Counted from the first letter of the stretch, positions 1 to 11,573 are shown. The stretch is DNA of 63,635 bases from an uncultured bacterium (GCA_903864485.1 CAIPGD010000079.1:1-63635), one strand, 5' to 3'. Made by a program: numbers and translations. Notes: generated by a model from the letters alone, not told the origin.

Positions 1-569
<569 letters not shown>

Positions 570-759
570 TTAGAACCGACAGGGAGGTGTCCGCAAGGTG
601 ATCACATTTGTGCGACCCGGTGTCGCAGAAGTTGGCTTGCAGGCCCCCGATGGCGTCAGGTCTGGGTTTCCGCCCCACTCGGTGCGCTTGAAGTCGTTGG
701 TCGGTCGGCTGGTTTGGTTGCAAAATACGACGCTTTACCTGCTGTTCCGAGGAGTCACC

Positions 760-1170
760 ATGGCTGGTCAGGCCGCAAAGCGTCCCGTCTACAGGAACAT
801 TCATATCACCCAGATTCTGGGTTATCGCTTACCGATCGCCGGGATTGTCTCGATCCTGCATCGGATCAGCGGCTCCTTATTGTTCTTGGTCGGACTCCCG
901 CTCATTCTTTGGTTGTTTCAGGAAAGCCTGATTTCTGAACTCGGTTTTGAGCGCTTTCGGGCCGCCGTTGCCCACCCCGCTGTAAAGCTGGTGCTACTAG
1001 CCATGCTTTGGGCGTTTTGCCATCACTTTGTGGCCGGGATCCGTTATCTCCTCCTCGACAACCACGTGGGCCTCGAGAAAGGATCCGCAGCAAATTCCGC
1101 CAAAGCGGTGATTGCCATCAGCCTTGCCTTGACCCTGGTGGTCGCCGGCTCGCTGTTTGGTCTCTACTGA
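760..1170 (+). CDS. sdhC: succinate dehydrogenase cytochrome b556 subunit
   Basis: Small membrane protein directly upstream of sdhD/A/B. The internal ATG 760 (MAGQAAKRPVYRNIHI...) gives the usual ~136 aa. The ORF-track start at 598 is a GTG extension. Confidence 0.9.
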   Translation: MAGQAAKRPVYRNIHITQILGYRLPIAGIVSILHRISGSLLFLVGLPLILWLFQESLISELGFERFRAAVAHPAVKLVLLAMLWAFCHHFVAGIRYLLLDNHVGLEKGSAANSAKAVIAISLALTLVVAGSLFGLY

Positions 1171-1184
1171 TTTAGGAGCCGAAC

Positions 1185-1535
1185 ATGTCAACGCAAAGGA
1201 TTGTGACCGGTGCCCATTACGGGATCGGCAGTTGGTTGTTACAGCGTTTATCGGCGGTCCTGATGGTGATTTACACCATCATTTTGATTGTTGCCGTGCT
1301 GCGCTTGCCTGAGTTCAATTACGGCAACTGGGCCACCCTGTTTGTGCACCCGTTTATGAAGGTCTCCACCCTGCTGGCGGGCGCGGCGCTCTTCTACCAT
1401 GCGTGGGTGGGAATTCGCGACATCTTTATGGATTACATCAAGCCCACCGGAATCCGGCTCGCGCTTCAGGCAGGCACCGTTTTGCTGCTGGCGGGGTATG
1501 GCTGCTGGTTGGTGATTATTCTCTGGAGTCTTTGA
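1185..1535 (+). CDS. sdhD: succinate dehydrogenase hydrophobic membrane anchor subunit
   Basis: 116-aa three-helix membrane protein between sdhC and sdhA. AGGAG lies 7 nt upstream of ATG 1185. Confidence 0.9.
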   Translation: MSTQRIVTGAHYGIGSWLLQRLSAVLMVIYTIILIVAVLRLPEFNYGNWATLFVHPFMKVSTLLAGAALFYHAWVGIRDIFMDYIKPTGIRLALQAGTVLLLAGYGCWLVIILWSL

Positions 1536-1537
1536 AC

Positions 1538-3328
1538 ATGGCTGAAGTTTTAACCAAGCTCGCTAATGGGTTGCAGCGTCGCAAGTTCGATGTGGTGGTG
1601 GTTGGCGCCGGTGGGTCCGGGATGCGTTGCTCGCTTCAACTCGCCGAAGCGGGATTGAACGTCGCGGTTCTGTCGAAGGTATTCCCAACCCGCTCCCATA
1701 CCGTGGCGGCACAGGGGGGGATTGGGGCTTCGCTTGGCAACATGAGCGAAGACAACTGGTACTGGCACATGTTTGACACCGTCAAGGGGTCGGATTATCT
1801 CGGCGACCAGGACGCGATCGAGTTCATGTGCCGGATGGCCCCTCAGGTGGTCTATGAGCTCGAACACTTCGGAATGCCGTTCGACCGGAATCCGGATGGC
1901 ACGATTTATCAACGGCCTTTTGGTGGTCACACCGCCAACTTTGGTGAAAAGCCCGTTCAGCGTGCCTGCGCCGCCGCAGACCGTACAGGGCACGCGATGT
2001 TGCATACGCTGTATCAGCGCAATGTCCGCGCGCGCACGCAGTTCTTCGTGGAATGGATGGCGCTCGACCTGATCCGGGACGCCGATGGCGATGTCGTTGG
2101 TGTGGTGGCTCTCGAAATGGAGACTGGCGAGGTCATGGTGCTAGAGGCCAAAACCACGGTCCTCGCTACCGGCGGCGCCGGCCGGATCTGGGCAGCCTCG
2201 ACCAATGCGTTCATCAACACGGGAGACGGCATGGGGATGGCCGCCCGTGCCGGTGTCCCCCTTGAGGACATGGAATTCTGGCAGTTCCACCCGACTGGTG
2301 TGGCTGGTGCCGGGGTGTTGGTGACTGAAGGCGTGCGTGGCGAAGGCGGAATCCTGTTGAACAAGCACGGCGAACGCTTCATGGAACGCTACGCGCCAAC
2401 TCTTAAGGACCTCGCGCCGCGCGATTTCGTCTCCCGCTCAATGGATCAGGAGATCCAGGAAGGGCGTGGATGTGGTCCTGATGGCGACTATGTGCTGCTA
2501 AAGCTCGATCATCTCGGCGCCGAGACGATCATGAAGCGGCTGCCGAGTATTCGCGAGATTGCGATTAAATTTGCGAACGTCGATCCCATTAAAGATCCGA
2601 TTCCGGTCGTGCCCACAATTCATTACCAGATGGGCGGAATTCCGACCAATTACCACGGCCAGGTCGTGGTACCAAAGGGCGATAATCCCTCGACGGTGCT
2701 CCCGGGGCTTTACGCCATTGGTGAGTGTGCTTGCGTGAGCGTGCATGGCGCGAATCGACTCGGTACCAATTCATTGCTCGACCTCTTGGTCTTCGGTCGT
2801 TCGGCCGGGATGCACATCGTTGACCAGCATCTCGCTAATCGACCCCACAAAGAAGTGCCGCGGGAAGCGGGGGATTTCTCCTTGGCCCGTTTGGCGAAAC
2901 TCAATGGGACAAGTTCTGGCGAAAACGTTCAGGAAGTGGCCAACGACATTCGGAAGACGATGCAGGCGCATTGCGGAGTTTTCCGCTCATCAGAGCGGAT
3001 GGCGCAAGGGGTCTCTCGAATCCTCGAATTGGCAGAGCGGTCGCAGCGTGTCCACCTCGGTGACAAGAGCCAGGTGTTCAATACCGCGCGCGTCGAGGCG
3101 CTCGAACTGGACAATTTGGTCGAGACGGCCAAGGCCACGATGATCTCGGCGGATGCCCGCAAAGAAAGCCGTGGAGCGCATGCCCACCGTGATTTTTCAG
3201 AGCGCAATGATGCCCAGTGGATGAAGCATTCGATGTACTACAGCGAGGGCAACCGCATGTCTTACAAGCCGGTAAATCTGAAGCCGATGACGGTTGAGAC
3301 GTTTGCGCCCAAGGCGCGCACGTTTTAA
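1538..3328 (+). CDS. sdhA: succinate dehydrogenase flavoprotein subunit
   Basis: FAD fold VVVGAGGSGMR, covalent-FAD histidine context RSHTVAAQGG, and full-length SdhA-like sequence. ATG 1538 follows the sdhD stop by 2 nt. Confidence 0.97.
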   Translation: MAEVLTKLANGLQRRKFDVVVVGAGGSGMRCSLQLAEAGLNVAVLSKVFPTRSHTVAAQGGIGASLGNMSEDNWYWHMFDTVKGSDYLGDQDAIEFMCRMAPQVVYELEHFGMPFDRNPDGTIYQRPFGGHTANFGEKPVQRACAAADRTGHAMLHTLYQRNVRARTQFFVEWMALDLIRDADGDVVGVVALEMETGEVMVLEAKTTVLATGGAGRIWAASTNAFINTGDGMGMAARAGVPLEDMEFWQFHPTGVAGAGVLVTEGVRGEGGILLNKHGERFMERYAPTLKDLAPRDFVSRSMDQEIQEGRGCGPDGDYVLLKLDHLGAETIMKRLPSIREIAIKFANVDPIKDPIPVVPTIHYQMGGIPTNYHGQVVVPKGDNPSTVLPGLYAIGECACVSVHGANRLGTNSLLDLLVFGRSAGMHIVDQHLANRPHKEVPREAGDFSLARLAKLNGTSSGENVQEVANDIRKTMQAHCGVFRSSERMAQGVSRILELAERSQRVHLGDKSQVFNTARVEALELDNLVETAKATMISADARKESRGAHAHRDFSERNDAQWMKHSMYYSEGNRMSYKPVNLKPMTVETFAPKARTF

Positions 3329-3372
3329 GCAGGGTTCCCCTTTTTTGCCCGAATGTTTGGCTGGAGAGTTTG

Positions 3373-4101
3373 ATGAGTACAGCAATTGTCGCTAACCGAA
3401 CGGTGCGCTTTTCGATTTATCGATACGACCCGGACCGGGATGCCCGTCCCACGATGCAGGATTTTGAGGTTGAGCTGTTGCCAACCGACAAGATGTTGCT
3501 CGACGCACTGATGCGGATGAAACAAACCGTTTTCCCAGGGCTCTCCTATCGGCGTTCATGCCGCGAGGGCGTCTGCGGTTCTGACGCGATGAATATCAAT
3601 GGGAAGAACGGACTCGCCTGCATTACCAATTTGCGTGATCTGAAGGAGCCGATTGTTCTGAAGCCCCTGCCGGGCTTGCCGGTGATCCGGGATCTGATCG
3701 TCGACATGACGCAGTTCTTCAAGCAGTATCACTCGATCAAGCCATTCTTAATCAACGATGCAGCGCCACCCGAGAAAGAGCGGCTGCAGTCCCCCGAGGA
3801 GCGTGATGAACTCAATGGACTCTACGAGTGCATTTTGTGCGCGTGCTGCTCGACCAGTTGCCCGTCGTTTTGGTGGAACCCAGACAAGTTCGTCGGCCCG
3901 GCCGGTTTGCTCCAGGCCTATCGATTTATTGCGGACAGCCGCGATCAGGCTACTAGCGAGCGTCTGGATAATCTGGAAGATCCTTATAGGCTATTCCGCT
4001 GCCACACCATCATGAATTGTGTGGACGTTTGCCCGAAGGGTCTGAACCCGACCCGGGCGATCGGGAAAATCAAGGACCTGATGATTCGTCGTGCAGTCTG
4101 A
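3373..4101 (+). CDS. sdhB: succinate dehydrogenase iron-sulfur subunit
   Basis: Three Cys clusters: CREGVCGSDAMNING, CILCACCSTSCPS and CHTIMNCVDVCPKG. GGAGAG lies upstream of ATG 3373. Confidence 0.97.
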   Translation: MSTAIVANRTVRFSIYRYDPDRDARPTMQDFEVELLPTDKMLLDALMRMKQTVFPGLSYRRSCREGVCGSDAMNINGKNGLACITNLRDLKEPIVLKPLPGLPVIRDLIVDMTQFFKQYHSIKPFLINDAAPPEKERLQSPEERDELNGLYECILCACCSTSCPSFWWNPDKFVGPAGLLQAYRFIADSRDQATSERLDNLEDPYRLFRCHTIMNCVDVCPKGLNPTRAIGKIKDLMIRRAV

Positions 4102-4438
4102 AGGCCCAAACCTGGGCGGGTCCCCGCACCAGGCGGGCCCGATCGTTGCCGCGCATCAGGCGGGCCCGATCGTTGCCGCGCATCAGGCGGATCCGATTCG
4201 CCGCCGCCGTTTGCGTTGGCGCTGTCGTCGCGGCATGCTCGAAAACGATCTGATCATGACCCGATTCCTGGATCGGCATGAGGCTACGCTGTCCGATTCC
4301 GACGTTCAGGCGGTCGATACCCTGATGGATCTGTCCGACAATGCGTTGCTCGATCTGATTTTAGGCCGTGAAGATCTGGCGGCGGAGTACGATCACGCGT
4401 CGATCAAAGCGGTTCTCGACCGGATCCGAGCGGCATAA
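4091..4438 (+). CDS. sdhE: FAD assembly factor SdhE (DUF339/YgfY family) with an N-terminal extension made of repeat copies
   Basis: Core RRRRLRWRCRRGMLENDLIMTRFLD...LSDNALLDLILG matches the SdhE RGxxE motif region. It sits in the usual position between sdhB and gltA. ATG 4091 is the only canonical start upstream of the core. Confidence 0.8.
   Translation: MQSEGPNLGGSPHQAGPIVAAHQAGPIVAAHQADPIRRRRLRWRCRRGMLENDLIMTRFLDRHEATLSDSDVQAVDTLMDLSDNALLDLILGREDLAAEYDHASIKAVLDRIRAA
4130..4210 (+). repeat. 27-nt tandem repeat: two identical copies plus one diverged copy
   Basis: 4130-4156 and 4157-4183 are both caggcgggcccgatcgttgccgcgcat. 4184-4210 is a related copy with about 7 mismatches. Confidence 0.9.
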
Positions 4439-4485
4439 TGCGACGCGCTGGTTAGTTTCAATCATTAATGACGGGGAAACTCGGG

Positions 4486-5793
4486 ATGTCAAACGAATTA
4501 AAAGCCACTCTCACCTTTTCCGATGGCAGTCCGGGGGCCGAATTCCCCGTCTACAGCGGGACTATCGGTCCTGACGTCATCGACATCCGGAAGCTCTACG
4601 CGCAGACCGGAAAATTCACGTTTGACCCCGGTTTCATGTCAACCGCTGCCTGTGAATCAGCGATCACCTACATCGATGGCGATAAGGGCGAGTTGCTGTA
4701 CCGCGGTTATCCGATCGAGGAACTCGCGGTGAGCTGTGACTATCTCGAAACCTGTTACCTGCTTCTGCACGGTGAACTACCGTCGGCGGACCAAAAGTCG
4801 CGGTTTGTTACCAGCGTGACATACCACACGATGGTTCATGAGCAGATGACCCGGTTTTTTCAGGGATTCCGCCGCGATGCCCATCCGATGGCTGTTTTGT
4901 GTGGGTCCGTGGGTGCGATGTCGGCGTTCTACCATGACAGTCTTGATATTTATAACCTCGAGCATCGGTATATCAGTGCGATTCGCCTGATCGCAAAAAT
5001 GCCGACGCTGGTGGCGATGGCCTACAAATACTCGATTGGTCAGCCTTTCGTGTATCCCCGTAATGACCTGGGTTATTCCGCGAATTTCATGCGGATGATG
5101 TTTGCAAACCCTTGTGAAGAATACAAGGTCAATGACGTCCTGGTGCGGGCTCTAGACCGGATTTTGATTCTGCACGCCGATCATGAGCAGAATGCTTCCA
5201 CGAGCACCGTTCGCTTGGCTGGTTCGTCCGGGGCCAACCCATTCGCGTGTATTGCAGCGGGTGTGGCAACGCTCTGGGGTCCGGCGCACGGCGGTGCAAA
5301 CGAAGCCTGTCTTTTGATGCTCAATGAGCTACAGGCGCAGGGCGGTGCCGACAAGATTGGTGACTTCATTGCCAAAGTGAAGGACAAGCATTCCGGCGTC
5401 AAGCTGATGGGCTTTGGGCACCGGGTTTACAAGAACTTTGATCCGCGCGCCAAGTTGATGCGCGAGACCTGCTACGAAGTGTTGAATGAACTCGGTCTGC
5501 AGGATGACCCGCTGTTCAAACTTGCGATGACGCTCGAGAAGGTCGCCCTCGAAGACGATTATTTCGTGACCCGTAAGCTGTATCCAAACGTCGATTTCTA
5601 TTCCGGCATTGTCCAGAAGGCGCTTGGAATTCCGACCGATCTGTTCACCTGTATTTTTGCGCTCGCGAGAACAGTTGGCTGGATTGCGAACTGGAACGAA
5701 ATGATTTCTGATCCCGATCAGAAGATCGGCCGTCCGCGTCAGTTGTTCAAGGGCAATGTCCGGCGCCAGGTGCTTCCGATTGGCCAGCGGTAA
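4486..5793 (+). CDS. gltA: citrate synthase (type II)
   Basis: Active-site region [14 protein letters not shown] and full-length similarity to proteobacterial GltA. ATG 4486 ([11 protein letters not shown]) is preferred over 4468 because of an upstream GGGGAAA. Confidence 0.96.
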   Translation: MSNELKATLTFSDGSPGAEFPVYSGTIGPDVIDIRKLYAQTGKFTFDPGFMSTAACESAITYIDGDKGELLYRGYPIEELAVSCDYLETCYLLLHGELPSADQKSRFVTSVTYHTMVHEQMTRFFQGFRRDAHPMAVLCGSVGAMSAFYHDSLDIYNLEHRYISAIRLIAKMPTLVAMAYKYSIGQPFVYPRNDLGYSANFMRMMFANPCEEYKVNDVLVRALDRILILHADHEQNASTSTVRLAGSSGANPFACIAAGVATLWGPAHGGANEACLLMLNELQAQGGADKIGDFIAKVKDKHSGVKLMGFGHRVYKNFDPRAKLMRETCYEVLNELGLQDDPLFKLAMTLEKVALEDDYFVTRKLYPNVDFYSGIVQKALGIPTDLFTCIFALARTVGWIANWNEMISDPDQKIGRPRQLFKGNVRRQVLPIGQR

Positions 5794-5819
5794 ACATAAT
5801 GACGGGTGGGGTAGACAAG

Positions 5820-8705
5820 ATGTTCATGAAAGCGTTTCAGGAAAATTCCTACCTTTTTGGGGGTAACGCCCCCTACGTCGAAGAGCTCTACGAGTCTTAT
5901 CTCGACGACCCGACATCGGTGCCGCCCGGCTGGCGAACTTATTTTGACCAGATGCAATTGGTCCCTGCCACCGGCGCCAACCCGAACGCGCGCGATGTGG
6001 CCCATGCGCCAGTGGTGGAGTCGTTTGCCGAGCGGGCCCGCGAGGGAACCTTGCAGCCCCGCCAGATGGGTGGAGATGCGGCAACCGCTCGTCGCCAGGT
6101 GCATGTTCAGCAGTTGATTGCTGCCTATCGGACACTGGGTTCGCGCTGGGCCGATCTGGATCCGCTTAAGCGTCAGGAGCGGCCGCGGATTCCCGAACTC
6201 GAGACCAGTTTTTACGACTTTACAGAAGGCGATCACGCCAACGTGTATTCCGCGTCGAATACATTTTTTGGTTTTGATAACGCGCCTTTACGCGACATCA
6301 TGAATGCGTTACGTGAGACCTATTGCGGGTCGATCGGCGCTGAAATCATGCATCTCAACGATCAAACGCATCGCCGTTGGTTGCAAGAGCGCCTCGAGAG
6401 TTCTCGGGCCAAGCCGCAATTTTCCGCCGAGAAAAGAACCCGGATTCTCGAGCGCCTGACCGCAGCCGAAGGTCTCGAACGGTATCTGCACACCAAATAC
6501 GTTGGCCAGAAGCGATTTTCCCTCGAAGGCGGAGAAAGTTTTATCCCGGCGATGGATGAGTTGGTTCAGCGGGCCGGCGAGCAAGGCGTCCAGGAAATTG
6601 TGATCGGCCTCGCACACCGTGGACGCCTGAATGTGTTGGTCAACATTCTCGGCAAAATGCCCAAGGATTTGTTCTCGGAATTTGAAGGAAAGCACGCTGA
6701 CGATTTACCGAGCGGTGACGTCAAGTATCACCAGGGGTTTTCGAGCGATATTTCAACCCCGGGTGGACCGGTCCACCTTTCGCTCTCTTTCAATCCAAGC
6801 CACCTCGAGATTGTGAATCCCGTGGTCGAAGGTTCGGTGCGGGCGCGGCAAGATCGACGGGGTGATAGCCAGGGCAAACAGGCCCTCGCGATCCTGGTCC
6901 ATGGCGACGCCGCATTTGCCGGCCAGGGTGTCGTGATGGAAACCCTTAACCTTGCCCAAACCCGATATTACGGAACCGGCGGGACGGTTCACGTCGTGAT
7001 CAATAATCAGATTGGTTTTACGACGAGTGATCCGAGGGATTCGCGCTCAACCTTGTATTGCACCGATGTGGTCAAGATGATTGAGGCGCCAGTCTTGCAC
7101 GTGAATGGTGACGACCCCGACGCGGTCGTTTTCGCGACCCAGATCGCGCTCGATTACCGGATGCAGTTCGGGAAAGACATCGTGGTCGACATTATCTGTT
7201 TCCGTAAACTCGGGCATAACGAGCAGGACACCCCGGCCGTCACCCAGCCGCTGATGTACAAGAAGATCGGGCAACATCCGGGCACGCGCAAGCTCTATGC
7301 GGACAAATTGCTTGCCCAAGGGGCAATCAAAGCGGGCTTTGCGGATCAGATGGCGCTTGATCTTCGCGCTGCGTTTGACCAAGGGCGTCACACCTTTGAT
7401 CCGGTGTTGTCCAACTATAAAGGCAAATTCGGGGTCGATTGGGAGCCGTTCCTGCACCGTGCCTGGACCGACAAAGCAGATACGGCGATTCCCTTGGCGG
7501 AGATTCATCGGTTGGCCGACCGCATCACGTCGATCCCAGACAGTTTCAAGTTGCACTCTCTGGTTGAAAAGGTTGTTGCCGATCGCCGAGCGATGGGGCG
7601 GGGCGACCAGCCTCTCGACTGGGGGATGGGTGAACACCTGGCCTTTGCCTCGCTGGTCGCAGGGGGTTATGGCGTGCGCTTATCGGGGCAAGATTGTGGG
7701 CGTGGCACGTTCACGCACCGACATTCGGTTCTGCACGACCAAAATCGCGAAAAGTGGGATGCTGGTTCCTATATTCCGCTTCAGAACGTGACGCCTAAGC
7801 AAGGTGTCTTTACGGTCATCGATTCGGTTTTGTCTGAAGAAGCGGTTCTTGGTTTTGAATATGGGTATGCCTCGGCTGAGCCCAACACGCTGGTCATTTG
7901 GGAGGCGCAATTTGGCGATTTTGCCAACGGCGCCCAGGTCGTGATCGACCAGTTTATTGCATCGGGCGAGACCAAATGGGGCCGTGCATGTGGTCTCACG
8001 TTGTTGCTTCCACATGGTTACGAGGGACAGGGACCCGAGCATTCCTCGGCCCGACTCGAGAGGTTCTTGCAGCTTTGTGCCGAAAACAATATGCAGGTTT
8101 GCCAGCCCTCAACGCCGGCGCAAATCTTCCATTTGTTACGTCGGCAGATGATTCGCCCTTTCCGCAAGCCGCTTGTGGTGATGACGCCGAAATCGCTGTT
8201 GCGCAACAAGGAAGCGGTTTCGTCGTTATCGGAACTCGCACGCGGTGAGTTTCACACCATCATGGCCGACCCGGCTCCGGGACTCGATGCCTCGAAGGTT
8301 CGGAAGGTCGTCTTTTCAACCGGTAAGGCGTATTACGACCTAGCGCTGGCTCGCCGCGAACGTGAATTGACCGACGTTGCACTGGTAAGAATTGAGCAAC
8401 TCTACCCGTTCCCGGAAGCCGCACTCGCGAAAGAACTGCGCAAGTATCCGAATGCAACCAAGATTATTTGGTGCCAGGATGAACCCCAGAATCAGGGTAG
8501 CTGGACCTTTATTCAGCCGTATCTCCAAGCGGCTTTGACGTCAGAACAACATCTCAGCTATGCCGGACGTCCAGCGTCGGCTTCGCCAGCTGTTGGCTAC
8601 TACGACAAACACTATGCTCAACAGTCCGCACTGCTGAACGCGGCGCTGGGTGAGCCGAACTCTAAATCGACAACCGGAAGAACCCGAGCGAAGAAAGCCG
8701 GTTGA
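5820..8705 (+). CDS. sucA: 2-oxoglutarate dehydrogenase E1 component
   Basis: N-terminus FQENSYLFGGNAPYVEELYESYLDDP and ~960 aa typical of SucA. ATG 5820 is preceded by GGTGGGG. Confidence 0.97.
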   Translation: MFMKAFQENSYLFGGNAPYVEELYESYLDDPTSVPPGWRTYFDQMQLVPATGANPNARDVAHAPVVESFAERAREGTLQPRQMGGDAATARRQVHVQQLIAAYRTLGSRWADLDPLKRQERPRIPELETSFYDFTEGDHANVYSASNTFFGFDNAPLRDIMNALRETYCGSIGAEIMHLNDQTHRRWLQERLESSRAKPQFSAEKRTRILERLTAAEGLERYLHTKYVGQKRFSLEGGESFIPAMDELVQRAGEQGVQEIVIGLAHRGRLNVLVNILGKMPKDLFSEFEGKHADDLPSGDVKYHQGFSSDISTPGGPVHLSLSFNPSHLEIVNPVVEGSVRARQDRRGDSQGKQALAILVHGDAAFAGQGVVMETLNLAQTRYYGTGGTVHVVINNQIGFTTSDPRDSRSTLYCTDVVKMIEAPVLHVNGDDPDAVVFATQIALDYRMQFGKDIVVDIICFRKLGHNEQDTPAVTQPLMYKKIGQHPGTRKLYADKLLAQGAIKAGFADQMALDLRAAFDQGRHTFDPVLSNYKGKFGVDWEPFLHRAWTDKADTAIPLAEIHRLADRITSIPDSFKLHSLVEKVVADRRAMGRGDQPLDWGMGEHLAFASLVAGGYGVRLSGQDCGRGTFTHRHSVLHDQNREKWDAGSYIPLQNVTPKQGVFTVIDSVLSEEAVLGFEYGYASAEPNTLVIWEAQFGDFANGAQVVIDQFIASGETKWGRACGLTLLLPHGYEGQGPEHSSARLERFLQLCAENNMQVCQPSTPAQIFHLLRRQMIRPFRKPLVVMTPKSLLRNKEAVSSLSELARGEFHTIMADPAPGLDASKVRKVVFSTGKAYYDLALARRERELTDVALVRIEQLYPFPEAALAKELRKYPNATKIIWCQDEPQNQGSWTFIQPYLQAALTSEQHLSYAGRPASASPAVGYYDKHYAQQSALLNAALGEPNSKSTTGRTRAKKAG

Positions 8706-8762
8706 TGGTTATTTGAAGCCGACGGTTTTGGTGATTAATCCTCCCAGGAACAATTAAATAAA

Positions 8763-10064
8763 ATGGCATTGATTGAAGTAATCGTCCCTCAGCTATCCGA
8801 ATCCGTCGCTGAAGCGACCTTGCTGAACTGGCACAAAAAGGTCGGTGACGCAGTCGCCCGGGATGAAAACCTGATCGACATTGAGACCGATAAGGTCGTT
8901 CTTGAGTTGCCAGCGCCGGCTGCCGGGGTCCTCGTCGAACTGTTGAAAGGGGACGGCGGAACAGTCGTCGCCGGTGAACTGATTGCCCGCATCGACACCG
9001 AGGCTACTGCGACCACCATAGCCGCCTCGGCCACTGTAGCGCCGGCGGTTTCTTCTTCAGCCCCTTCAGTTGCCGGTCAGGCGCAGGCTTCTGCACCCGC
9101 GGGCGGCAAGCACGGCGACATCGCCATGCCGGCGGCGGCCAAGTTGTTGGCAGAGAACGGGTTGAGTGCACAATCGGTTGTTGGATCCGGCCGGGATAGT
9201 CGGGTCACGAAGGGCGATGTGACCTCGGCGCTGAGCCAGGCGCCAACCCAGGCACTGAGCCAGGCACCAGTCGCTCTAGCGTCCTCCGCGATTCCGACTG
9301 GCGTCCCCGGTTCCAGTCTCCCCGAGGTGCGCGCCGCGCTTGATCCGTCCAAATTGCTGGAGGGACGTCCGGAACAGCGCGTTCCGATGTCGCGATTGCG
9401 CGCCCGAATTGCCGAGCGTCTACTTCAGTCGCAGGCAACGAATGCGATTTTGACCACCTTCAATGAAGTCAACATGCAGCCGGTCATGGATCTGCGCAAG
9501 AAGTATCTTGAGCGATTCGAGAAAGAGCATGGAGTCCGACTCGGGTTCATGAGTTTCTTCGTGAAAGCGGCGGTTGCGGCCCTCAAAAAGTATCCGGTTT
9601 TGAACGCATCGGTCGATGGTAGTGACATCGTCTATCACGGTTATTTTGATATTGGGATTGCGGTGGGTTCGCCCCGCGGTTTGGTGGTGCCGATCATTCG
9701 TGGTGCAGACCAGCTGAGCTTTGCGCAAATCGAACGGACGATTTCTGAGTACGGCAAGAAGGCGGCAGAGGGGAAACTCGGTATTGAAGAGATGACCGGT
9801 GGCACCTTCTCGATCAGTAATGGCGGCGTATTTGGTTCGATGTTGTCGACTCCGATCATTAATCCACCTCAGGCTGCAATTCTCGGTGTGCATGCCACCA
9901 AGGATCGGGCTGTGGTCGAGAACGGCCAGGTCGTGGTTCGTCCGATTAATTATCTGGCGTTGTCGTATGACCACCGGATCATTGACGGCCGCGAAGCGGT
10001 GTTAGGTCTCGTGGCGATGAAGGAAGCGCTGGAAGATCCGGCCCGGTTGCTGCTCGACCTTTAA
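8763..10064 (+). CDS. sucB: dihydrolipoyllysine-residue succinyltransferase (E2o), single lipoyl domain
   Basis: Lipoyl-lysine motif [12 protein letters not shown], Ala/Pro/Ser-rich linkers, and catalytic DHRIIDG near the C-terminus. Confidence 0.96.
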   Translation: MALIEVIVPQLSESVAEATLLNWHKKVGDAVARDENLIDIETDKVVLELPAPAAGVLVELLKGDGGTVVAGELIARIDTEATATTIAASATVAPAVSSSAPSVAGQAQASAPAGGKHGDIAMPAAAKLLAENGLSAQSVVGSGRDSRVTKGDVTSALSQAPTQALSQAPVALASSAIPTGVPGSSLPEVRAALDPSKLLEGRPEQRVPMSRLRARIAERLLQSQATNAILTTFNEVNMQPVMDLRKKYLERFEKEHGVRLGFMSFFVKAAVAALKKYPVLNASVDGSDIVYHGYFDIGIAVGSPRGLVVPIIRGADQLSFAQIERTISEYGKKAAEGKLGIEEMTGGTFSISNGGVFGSMLSTPIINPPQAAILGVHATKDRAVVENGQVVVRPINYLALSYDHRIIDGREAVLGLVAMKEALEDPARLLLDL

Positions 10065-10105
10065 TCGGTCGCCCGACCCGTCAAATTTGCACTGGAGTTC
10101 GCGCG

Positions 10106-11548
10106 ATGTCGCAAAATTTTGATGTCCTCGTGATCGGGGCTGGCCCTGCGGGCTATATCGCCTCGATCCGGGCCGCACAACTCGGATTCAAGGTTGCCTG
10201 CGTTGAGAAGTGGCGGGCGCCAAATGGTGAGCTTTCCCTGGGTGGTACGTGTTTAAACGTCGGTTGTATACCGTCTAAGGCGCTACTCGCATCGAGCGAA
10301 ACGTTTGAAGAGATTCAATCGCATGCCGGTGATCATGGCATCACGGTTAAAGAAGCCAAGATCGACATCGCGAAAATGATGGCGCGTAAAGACTCAGTGG
10401 TCAGCAAAATGACCAAGGGAATCGAGTTTTTATTCCGCAAGAACAAGATCACATGGCTCAAAGGCCACGCACGTTTTGTCGCCGCCGAAGACGGCGCGTA
10501 TCGGGTTGAGGTGTTGGGCGAGGCCGGGTCCGAGTTGGTCGAAGCCCGTCATGTGATTATTGCGACCGGCTCAAAAGCCCGTCATCTGCCTGGAGTTGAG
10601 GTCGACCAGGTGTTGATCAGCGACAACGAGGGCGCGCTGCAGTTTGATTCAGTTCCTCAAAAGCTCGGTGTCATCGGTGCCGGGGTGATTGGACTCGAGC
10701 TTGGTTCGGTTTGGCGCCGCCTGGGCTCAGAGGTGACCATCCTCGAGGGCGCGACCAGCTTTTTGGGCGCCTGCGACGAATCAGTCTCGAAAGAGGCCTT
10801 TAAGTTATTCGGTCGTCAAGGGCTGAATTTTTCAATGGGCGTTCAGATTGGTGAAGTGAAGACTGTATCCAAGGGCCGCAAGACGAGCGTCGAAGTCCAT
10901 TACACCGATGCTCAGGGGGCGGCCCAGGTGTTGGAATGCGACCGTCTGATTGTTTCGGTTGGCCGGGTTCCCAACACCGAGGGTTTGGGTCTCGAGGCGG
11001 TTGGTTTGGCCACCGATGAGCGGGGTCAAATCCCAGTCGATCAACACTGTCAGACCCGTTTGCCTGGCGTTTATGCAATCGGTGATGTGGTTCGCGGTCC
11101 GATGCTCGCGCACAAGGGTGAAGACGAAGGCGTACTGGTTGCCGAGCGGATTGCTGGCCAACAGCCGCACATCGATTACAACTGTATTCCCTGGGTGATT
11201 TACACCAGCCCTGAAATCGCTTGGGTTGGGCAGAATGAACAGCAACTCAAGGCGTCGGCCCGTGAATATCGGTCTGGACAGTTTCCTTTTATGGCGAATG
11301 GACGGGCGCTTGGAATGAACAGCCCAGATGGATTTGTCAAAATTTTGGCGGACGCCAAGACTGACGAAATCCTTGGTGTGCATATTATTTCAGCAGGCGC
11401 CTCCGATCTGATTGCCGAAGCGGCCGTTGCGATGGAGTTTAAGGCCAGCGCCGAGGATATTGCCCGGATTTGCCATCCGCATCCGTCTTTGTCTGAAGTG
11501 ATGCGTGAAGCTGCCCTGGCAACCGACAAACGTGCGCTCAATATGTAA
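10106..11548 (+). CDS. lpdA: dihydrolipoyl dehydrogenase (E3)
   Basis: FAD fold VIGAGPAGY, redox disulfide [13 protein letters not shown], and C-terminal HPHPSLSE interface motif. Confidence 0.96.
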   Translation: MSQNFDVLVIGAGPAGYIASIRAAQLGFKVACVEKWRAPNGELSLGGTCLNVGCIPSKALLASSETFEEIQSHAGDHGITVKEAKIDIAKMMARKDSVVSKMTKGIEFLFRKNKITWLKGHARFVAAEDGAYRVEVLGEAGSELVEARHVIIATGSKARHLPGVEVDQVLISDNEGALQFDSVPQKLGVIGAGVIGLELGSVWRRLGSEVTILEGATSFLGACDESVSKEAFKLFGRQGLNFSMGVQIGEVKTVSKGRKTSVEVHYTDAQGAAQVLECDRLIVSVGRVPNTEGLGLEAVGLATDERGQIPVDQHCQTRLPGVYAIGDVVRGPMLAHKGEDEGVLVAERIAGQQPHIDYNCIPWVIYTSPEIAWVGQNEQQLKASAREYRSGQFPFMANGRALGMNSPDGFVKILADAKTDEILGVHIISAGASDLIAEAAVAMEFKASAEDIARICHPHPSLSEVMREAALATDKRALNM

Positions 11549-11549
11549 T

Positions 11550-11573
11550 GCATGACCGGATTGACGGTCATGC
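11550..11573 (+). terminator. perfect 9-bp stem hairpin just after the lpdA stop, with no U-tract
   Basis: gcatgaccg-gattga-cggtcatgc read directly. No T-run follows, so it may be an attenuator or processing hairpin rather than a strong terminator. Confidence 0.35.

Noticed and set aside
598-759. GTG-initiated 54-codon extension of sdhC
   Set aside because: It would make SdhC ~190 aa instead of the usual ~130-140. The extension is not membrane-like, and ATG 760 gives the canonical N-terminus.
4017-4253. 78-aa ORF with repeated RRARSLPRI segments
   Set aside because: It is simply another reading frame of the 27-nt repeat overlapping the sdhB end and sdhE. It has no start context or homology.
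9420-9974. Long antisense ORFs inside core genes, for example 9420-9974 in sucB, 10832-11383 in lpdA, 7047-7637 in sucA, 22346-23044 in rimO, 49620-50204 in clpP, and 34093-34857 opposite envZ
   Set aside because: Each lies wholly within a strongly supported conserved gene on the other strand and shows no motifs. These are expected shadow ORFs at this GC content.
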